Source: Candidatus Aminicenantales bacterium
GTDB lineage: Bacteria > Acidobacteriota > Aminicenantia > Aminicenantales > UBA4085
DNA: 31,711 bases
Reading direction: 5' to 3'
NCBI GenBank assembly: GCA_049515535.1
Contig: JBEKTZ010000015.1
Location: forward strand, 62,001 to 93,711
The notes below the pieces were generated by a model. It was not told where the DNA came from, did no database searches, and worked only from the letters and a program-made list of their open reading frames with translations. Shown piece by piece: positions 25,821 to 31,711 of the stretch. A program made the position numbers and the translations under genes. The number at the start of each line of letters is the position of its first letter. Position 1 is the first letter of the stretch.

Positions 25821-27047
25821 TTATTCCTGCAGGAAGATATGGGCGAAGACTTTGGCGTCTCCCACCATATTGTCGATGATGCAATATTCGTTGGGCTGAT
25901 GGGCGGTCTCGTCGAGCCGCGACCAGCAGGCCGCCTCGAAACCTTCGTGGCGGAAGAGGGCCGCCACGGTCCCCCCGCCGATGCCCATCGGCTTGCCTTC
26001 TTTTCCATAAACCGCCTTGATGGCCTTGCCGAGGGCCATGACGACGGCCGCTTTGGCCGGGGTCGGCGGCGCGGCCAGCGCTTTCTGGTGCTCTTCGATG
26101 GAGATCTTGACCTTGAACCGCGCTTCAATCCCGGCAACGATCTCCTTGATCTTGGCTTGGACGTCCGCGACCTCGTAGTTCGGCAGGATCCGGCTGTCCA
26201 TGTAAAAAACATCCTCGCCGGGGATGGTGTTGATGTTGGGGACGTTGGCCTCTTTTTTCGTCGGCTCGAACGTGGAGATCGGAGGATCGAACACCGGGTC
26301 TTTGACCGGGAAGATGTCATATAGCGTGTTCAACTCGGCGGCCAGGAAAGAGGCGGCCTTGAAAGCGTTGATCCCTTTTTCGGGCATGGAGCCGTGGGTC
26401 TGCTTGCCGAGCGTTTTGAATTTCAACCACAGGATGCTCTTTTCCGCGATTTCGATCATCGTCCCGTCCTCGTTCCCGGCGTCGGGGACGATGATCAGGT
26501 CTTTGGGCCGGAAGGCTTTCGAATGGCGAAGGACGTAGGCGATCCCTTTATCGCTGCCCGTTTCCTCGTCGGCCACCAGGGCCAGGCCGATATCGTAATT
26601 GGGCTTGAGTCCCAGCGCCTGAAAGGCTTTGACGGCGAAAATCGAAGCGACCAGATCCTGCTGGTTGTCCTCGACGCCGCGGCCGAAGATCTTGCCGCCC
26701 TCGACCCACGGCCGGAACGGGTCGCCGCTCCAGAGCGAGAGTTCGCCGGGCGGGACGACGTCCATATGACTCATGATCCAAATCGTCTTGGCCGAGCTCT
26801 TGCCCCGGCAATAAGCGAGGATGTTCGGCCGATATCCCGAGGGCGCATCGAGGTCCGGCGCTTTGATGACCTCGATGTCCACGAAACCGTTCTCTTGGAG
26901 GAATTTGACCAGAAATTCGGCTTTTTTGGCCTCGCCTTCGCCGCCGCTCGACGGCGCTATGGCGGGGATGGATGCCAGTTTGACCTGAAGCTCGATCATG
27001 GCATTGCGATAGGATTCGATGCGCTGGGCGATCTTTTCAAAGGGCAT
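25821..27047 (-). CDS. M20 family metallohydrolase (ArgE/DapE-like)
   Basis: AGGAG RBS. SHMDVVPPG, GRGVEDN, ADEETG, AHQPNE. Confidence 0.92.
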   Translation of the reverse strand: MPFEKIAQRIESYRNAMIELQVKLASIPAIAPSSGGEGEAKKAEFLVKFLQENGFVDIEVIKAPDLDAPSGYRPNILAYCRGKSSAKTIWIMSHMDVVPPGELSLWSGDPFRPWVEGGKIFGRGVEDNQQDLVASIFAVKAFQALGLKPNYDIGLALVADEETGSDKGIAYVLRHSKAFRPKDLIIVPDAGNEDGTMIEIAEKSILWLKFKTLGKQTHGSMPEKGINAFKAASFLAAELNTLYDIFPVKDPVFDPPISTFEPTKKEANVPNINTIPGEDVFYMDSRILPNYEVADVQAKIKEIVAGIEARFKVKISIEEHQKALAAPPTPAKAAVVMALGKAIKAVYGKEGKPMGIGGGTVAALFRHEGFEAACWSRLDETAHQPNEYCIIDNMVGDAKVFAHIFLQE

Positions 27048-27070
27048 GGGAGTTCTCCTTGTGACGCAAA

Positions 27071-27100
27071 ATCATTGCCTGAATATATATCATTGCCTGA
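27071..27100. promoter_or_regulatory. 12-bp direct repeat in a divergent promoter region
   Basis: ATCATTGCCTGA at 27071-27082 and 27089-27100, separated by ATATAT. Confidence 0.4.
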
Positions 27101-27137
27101 CGAAAATCGCAAGATCATCGGTCAGGGCGGACCTTAT

Positions 27138-27167
27138 TTGACATTTCCCGGGAATTCAGCATACATT
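27138..27167 (+). promoter_or_regulatory. Putative sigma70 promoter of the glycosyltransferase operon
   Basis: TTGACA-N18-TACATT, ending 8 nt before ATG 27176. Confidence 0.5.
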
Positions 27168-27175
27168 TACTCAAA

Positions 27176-28312
27176 ATGCGCATCGGGTTCGATCTCCGCC
27201 CTTTTCTCAAACAGGAAACCGGCGTCGGCGTCTATTTCAAAAACCTTCTGTTCGCGCTGGCCCGCCTCGACGCGGTCAACGAATATTTTCTTTTTTCGGC
27301 GTCATGGAAGGACCGATTTCCGGAGGCCAAGGTTCCGCCCTTCAAGAATAGGACCTTCCGCGATTTCCGCCGGCCCGTGAGAGCCGTGAATTTCTTTTGG
27401 TACAGGCTCGGGCGGCCGACGCTCGACGCGATGTTCGGGACGCGACTCGACCTGACCCATTCTCCGACGCCGTTGATCCTGCCCACGCGGGGCCGCAAGG
27501 TCGTCACGGTCTGCGATCTTTTTTACATGGATTTTCCGGACAAGGCCGACGTCGAGGCGCGGCGGTATTTCCATAAAAAGACCGAGGCCGCGCTTCGGAA
27601 GGCCGACGGCATCGTGACGATCTCCGAGTTCACGAAAAAAAAGCTCCTGGAGCGTTTCGGGCTGGCCGAAGGCCGGATCAGGGTGACGTACCTCGGATTG
27701 AACGCCGGTTATGAGGAAACCGGGGACGAGGCGCCGGCCGAAGCGATCCGGCGCAAGTTCGGCCTGCCGGAGAAATTCCTTCTCTTCGTCGGGGCCTCCG
27801 AACCCCGCAAGAACCTGCCCCGCTTAATCGACGCGCTTTCCGTCCTCCATGGCCGCGGGTTGAGAATCCCGCTCGCGCTGGCGGGCCGGGAAGGCTCCGA
27901 TCACTCCGCCCTCCTAGACCGCATCGCGGCGCGCGGACTCGGGCCCTGGATCAGGATCCTGGGCTATCTTCCCGAAGCTGATGTCCGGGATCTCCACCGC
28001 GCCGCCGCGGCGCTCGTCTTTCCTTCTTTATGCGAAGGGTTCGGGCTCCCGCTCCTCGAAGCCATGGCCGGGGGGCTGCCGGTCGCGGCTTCGAACGTTT
28101 CCGCGCTGCCCGAGATCGGCGGAGACGCGGCCGTCTATTTCGATCCGGAGGATCCCGAGGATATGGCGGATAAAATCAGGCTGGTCTTGGAGGACGAAGG
28201 GCTCCGGCAATCGATGAAAGCCCGAGGACGAAAGAGGGCTAAGACGTTCACTTGGGAAAAAACGGCGGCGGAAACCCTGGCTTTTTACGGCGAGATCCTG
28301 GGACGGCCATGA
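27176..28312 (+). CDS. GT4 family glycosyltransferase (MtfB/WbpY-like)
   Basis: MRIGFD...TGVGVY, LFVGASEPRKNL, FPSLCEGFGLPLLEAMA, FTWEKTA. Confidence 0.92.
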   Translation: MRIGFDLRPFLKQETGVGVYFKNLLFALARLDAVNEYFLFSASWKDRFPEAKVPPFKNRTFRDFRRPVRAVNFFWYRLGRPTLDAMFGTRLDLTHSPTPLILPTRGRKVVTVCDLFYMDFPDKADVEARRYFHKKTEAALRKADGIVTISEFTKKKLLERFGLAEGRIRVTYLGLNAGYEETGDEAPAEAIRRKFGLPEKFLLFVGASEPRKNLPRLIDALSVLHGRGLRIPLALAGREGSDHSALLDRIAARGLGPWIRILGYLPEADVRDLHRAAAALVFPSLCEGFGLPLLEAMAGGLPVAASNVSALPEIGGDAAVYFDPEDPEDMADKIRLVLEDEGLRQSMKARGRKRAKTFTWEKTAAETLAFYGEILGRP

Positions 28313-29457
28313 AAAATATCCTGTTCGTTTCCCATTCTTCCGAACTCAACGGCGCCGAGCTCTGGCTGTTCGATATCCTGAAACGGCTCGACCGCGGGAT
28401 TTATGCTCCGTTTTTGATCGTTCCGCGGCCGGGACGGCTCGCAGAGGCCGCCAAGGAGATCGGGGTCGAGACCCGGGCCGTTCCCATGAAATGGTGGATC
28501 ACGGAGAAATCCAGGATCTGGCGGCAGCCCATCGGCCGGGCCTTGAACGGGCGAAACGTCGGACGGATCGCGAAGATCATCGCCGAGAAAAAAATCGATC
28601 TGGTCTTCACGAATTCGGCGGCGGTGAACGCCGGCGCCAAGGCCGCCGCGAGGATGGGCGTTCCCCACGTCTGGGCGGTTCACGAGGTTCTGGGCGGGGC
28701 GAATCCTTTTCTTTTTCATATCTTCGGCCGCCGGGCGCTCGCGAATTTCATCGTGAAAAGCTCGGCCCGGATCATCGTCAATTCGGAAATCTCCAAGGCG
28801 GCTTTTCCGAATGCTCCGAAGGTCGTCCTGGTTGACAACGGCATGGAGATGAAAAGCGGTGATGAAGGCCGGCCGGAGACGCTTCGCCGCGAATTCGGAA
28901 TTCGGGAGGGCGATCTGGTGGCCGGGATCGTCGGGAAGCTCTACGCGGGCAAAGGCCAGAGAGAGGCGATCATGGCCGCGGCGCTTCTCAAATCGTCATT
29001 TCCTCGGCTGAAATGGCTCATCGTCGGCGAAGCCCGAGACGCGCGCTACCATCGCCGGCTGAAAAATCTCGTCAAGGACGGCGGACTCGACGATCGGGTC
29101 ATTTTTACCGGTTATCGGCCGGATCTCATCGATGTTCTGAAAATCATGGATGTTCTGGTCGTCGCCTCCGTGGTCGAATCGTTCGGGAGGGTCGCCTTGG
29201 AGGCGATGGCCGCGGGTGTGCCCGTCCTGGCCGTGCGGGCCGGGGGGCTTCCCGAGATCGTCCGCCATGGGCAGAACGGCTTTCTTTTGGATTCGCGCGA
29301 CCCCCGCGTCATCGCCCTCGGCCTGGAATACATTTTCCAGAATCCCGATAAGGCGAAAGAAGCCGTCGCGGGCGGGAGACGGACCATTCTCGAGCGATTC
29401 ACTCTCGAACGGCAGATCCGGGAGGTCGAAAGAGTCCTGGATGAAAGCCTGGTCTAG
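28309..29457 (+). CDS. GT4 family glycosyltransferase
   Basis: ATGA overlap with the previous stop. ILFVSHSSELNGAE, KGQ, ESFGRVALEAMAAG. Confidence 0.92.
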   Translation: MKNILFVSHSSELNGAELWLFDILKRLDRGIYAPFLIVPRPGRLAEAAKEIGVETRAVPMKWWITEKSRIWRQPIGRALNGRNVGRIAKIIAEKKIDLVFTNSAAVNAGAKAAARMGVPHVWAVHEVLGGANPFLFHIFGRRALANFIVKSSARIIVNSEISKAAFPNAPKVVLVDNGMEMKSGDEGRPETLRREFGIREGDLVAGIVGKLYAGKGQREAIMAAALLKSSFPRLKWLIVGEARDARYHRRLKNLVKDGGLDDRVIFTGYRPDLIDVLKIMDVLVVASVVESFGRVALEAMAAGVPVLAVRAGGLPEIVRHGQNGFLLDSRDPRVIALGLEYIFQNPDKAKEAVAGGRRTILERFTLERQIREVERVLDESLV

Positions 29458-29460
29458 GGC

Positions 29461-30405
29461 ATGGAATTATCCATCATCCTTGTCAGCTATAACGACCGGA
29501 GGCACATCGAAGCCTGTCTTTCTTCGCTCCAGGAGAACGTTCCGTCCGTCGAACACGAGATCATCGTCGTGGATAACGCGTCCACGGACGGCAGCCGGGA
29601 ATTGATCGCCCGCTCGTTCCCGGCCGTCCGTTTGATCGCGAACGCGGATAACGCCGGCTTCTCGCGGGCCAATAATATCGGAGCGAAGGAAAGCCGCGGC
29701 GAGTTCTTGCTCTTTTTGAACACGGATACGGTCGTCACCCCCGGAAGCATCGGCGGTTGGCTTGATCATCTCGGCGCCGACCCGTCCATCGGCGCGGCGG
29801 GCCCGGCCCTCCTTCGGAAGGGCGGAGCCGTCCAGGTTTCTTTCGGGAAAAAGGTGAATTTCCCCGCTCAGCTTTGGCAGAAACTCTTCCTGAACCCGGT
29901 TTACGGACGCCTCCTGAAAAAGAGCGCCGGGACGCGAAGCGTCGGCTGGCTGAGCGCTGCCTGCCTCCTCTGCCGCCGGAAGGCGTTCGAGCAAGTAGGA
30001 GGGTTCGACGAGAATTTTTTCATTTATTTCGAAGACATCGATCTCTGTCTTCGGCTGCGGGAAGCCGGCTGGAAGCTCGTCTATATTCCGGGAACCAGGA
30101 TATTTCACGAAGGGGGAGCGACGACGGCGGCCGGGGCCCCGGGCTTTACCCGGGGGTCCACTTCCGCCGCGAAGGCTTGTCCCTTGACATCGCCGCGCCG
30201 GGACTTCAGCCGCTATCAATATCGCAAAAGCCAATTGTCTTTTTATCGCAAACACAGCCCGGGAATATCCTTGAGCCTTCTTCGCGCCTCCCTGAAGGTG
30301 AAGCTCGTGTTTCTTTTCATCCGGGGCGCGTTCCGCGGCGAAGAAGGCGCCCGGCTGCGGCGCCTGTATCGGGAGCTGTTGAGAAAGGACCCTGAGCGAG
30401 GATGA
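29461..30405 (+). CDS. GT2 family glycosyltransferase (WbbL/RfbF-like) carrying an in-frame palindromic insertion
   Basis: LSIILVSYN, VVDNASTDGS, NAGFSRANN, FLNTD, GGFDENFFIYFEDIDLC, HEGG. Confidence 0.92.
   Translation: MELSIILVSYNDRRHIEACLSSLQENVPSVEHEIIVVDNASTDGSRELIARSFPAVRLIANADNAGFSRANNIGAKESRGEFLLFLNTDTVVTPGSIGGWLDHLGADPSIGAAGPALLRKGGAVQVSFGKKVNFPAQLWQKLFLNPVYGRLLKKSAGTRSVGWLSAACLLCRRKAFEQVGGFDENFFIYFEDIDLCLRLREAGWKLVYIPGTRIFHEGGATTAAGAPGFTRGSTSAAKACPLTSPRRDFSRYQYRKSQLSFYRKHSPGISLSLLRASLKVKLVFLFIRGAFRGEEGARLRRLYRELLRKDPERG
30122..30187 (-). mobile_element. 66-bp palindromic element, copy B, inverted and in frame within the GT2 gene
   Basis: Reverse complement TCAAGGGACAAGCCTTCGCGGCGGAAGTGGACCCCCGGGTAAAGCCCGGGGCCCCGGCCGCCGTCG is 61/66 identical to 6952-7017. 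The repeat is observed; mobility is inferred. Confidence 0.8.
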
Positions 30406-31547
30406 GGAAGATCCGGATTCTCGAGATGATCGACAAGCCCTTTTTGGGCGGGGGGCAGGTCCATTTGCTAACGCTCGTCAAGAATTTGGATAAAAGCCGG
30501 TTCGAGATCATCGTCGCGGCGAAAGGCGGAAAGCCCCTCGAAGATGAAGTCCGCCGCGCCGGAATCCCGTTCATGCCTGTTTCGCTCGGCAAGAAGATCA
30601 GCCTTCGAACGGGCAAAGACATCGCCGACATCCTCAAGGGAAACGAGATCGATATTCTGCATACGCACGGCGGCGTGGCCGGCGTCTTCGGCCGCTGGGC
30701 GGCCGGAAAGGCCGGAACTCCGATCATCGTCCACACGCTCCACGGCATCCACTATCTGCATTACCGCAATCCGCTCCTGAAATATCTTTTCGTGCTTCAA
30801 GAGCGGTATTTTTCCCGGCGGTCCGATGCCGTCATTTTCGTTTCCGAAGCGGACCTCGAAGCGGGAAAAAAATTCCGGCTGGCGCCCGAGGGAAAATGCC
30901 GGCTGGTTCGAAACGGCGTGGACGTCGGGGGCCTACGCGATGCCGATATGAGCGCGCGGAAAAGGAGGGAGCTCGCGGCGGCGATGAAACTGTCTCCGCC
31001 CGTCATCGGGACGGTCGCCCGACTGCACCGGCAGAAGGGCGTGGTTTATCTTTTACGGGCCGCCAAGCTCGTCCGGCGCCGGCATCCCGAAGCCAGGTTC
31101 GTCATCGTTGGGGGAGGGCCCCTCGAGAAGAGCCTGCGGCGACGGGCGGGAAAGATGGACCCCGAAGACCATGTCCTGATGCTTGGCGAGCGGCCCGATG
31201 CGCGCGAGATCGTTTCCCTGTTCGACGTCTTTGTCCTGCCTTCGCTGTGGGAAGGGCTTCCGCTCGCCCTCATCGAGGCCGCCGCCCTCGGCCGGCCCAT
31301 CGTCGCCACGGATATCGACGGCGTCCGGGAAGTCATCCGGCCGGGCGATACCGGAGTCCTTGTCCCGGCCAAAGACCCGGCGAAGCTCGCCGAAGCCCTC
31401 AGCCGTCTTCTCGACGACCCGGCGTCGGCCGTGAAAATGGGCGAGCGGGCGAAACGGGAGATCCCTCCGCTTTTCACTCTTTCGGGGATGGTCGAGAAGA
31501 CGCAGCGGATCTATATGGAATTCGCCGCCCGCAAACTCAAAATGTGA
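30402..31547 (+). CDS. GT4 family glycosyltransferase
   Basis: ATGA overlap with the GT2 stop. GGGQVHL, VHTLHG, VARLHRQKG, LPSLWEGLPLALIEAA. Confidence 0.93.
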   Translation: MRKIRILEMIDKPFLGGGQVHLLTLVKNLDKSRFEIIVAAKGGKPLEDEVRRAGIPFMPVSLGKKISLRTGKDIADILKGNEIDILHTHGGVAGVFGRWAAGKAGTPIIVHTLHGIHYLHYRNPLLKYLFVLQERYFSRRSDAVIFVSEADLEAGKKFRLAPEGKCRLVRNGVDVGGLRDADMSARKRRELAAAMKLSPPVIGTVARLHRQKGVVYLLRAAKLVRRRHPEARFVIVGGGPLEKSLRRRAGKMDPEDHVLMLGERPDAREIVSLFDVFVLPSLWEGLPLALIEAAALGRPIVATDIDGVREVIRPGDTGVLVPAKDPAKLAEALSRLLDDPASAVKMGERAKREIPPLFTLSGMVEKTQRIYMEFAARKLKM

Positions 31548-31548
31548 C

Positions 31549-31711
31549 GAGCGGTTCCCCGCGGCAAGCCGCGAGGAACCGCTTGTAGAGGGATCCAAGG
31601 GGGAGCCGCCCCCTTGGTCGCAGTCCTATGCGGAGCATAGGGCGAGAAAGGGAGGCAGGGCGACGCCGTTTTGTACCCTAGAGTACAAAACGGTGTGCCC
31701 GTTGGAAGGGG
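31549..31711 (+). repeat. Dense multi-hairpin element related to the ~150-bp repeat; truncated by the window end
   Basis: Four consecutive hairpins. Shares the scaffold AAGGGNGGCAGGG...CCCGTTGGA with 7152-7182 and 11927-11957. Confidence 0.7.

Overview
This is a GC-rich bacterial chromosomal segment made up mostly of housekeeping and envelope genes. The gene content suggests Acidobacteriota or Ca. Aminicenantes, which is an inference only. In order it holds a partial PHP/EndoQ-like gene (absent from the ORF track), a TPR protein, a GWxTD lipoprotein, a secreted protein behind a candidate sigma54 promoter, mltG, ruvX, ddl, HU, a hypothetical exported protein, tRNA-Gly(GCC), tRNA-Cys(GCA), a Yip1 protein, pyrF/pyrD/pyrK, a class I PLP aminotransferase, ppdK, a modular SGNH hydrolase, an S9 dipeptidyl peptidase, a two-gene flavin/Fe-S amino-acid dehydrogenase, an HDAC-family deacetylase, an M20 peptidase and a four-gene glycosyltransferase operon. 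I found no transposase, integrase, CRISPR array or defence gene. The most unusual signal is a set of small palindromic repeat elements. A 66-bp element occurs once between genes (6952-7017) and once inverted and in frame inside the GT2 gene (30122-30187), where it adds about 21 amino acids. A ~150-bp multi-hairpin element occurs twice, in front of two divergent gene pairs, with a hairpin-swapped relative at the window end. A nested palindromic element supplies the pyrF C-terminus and stop codon. A tandem inverted-repeat element abuts a tRNA-Cys gene that lacks an encoded CCA.
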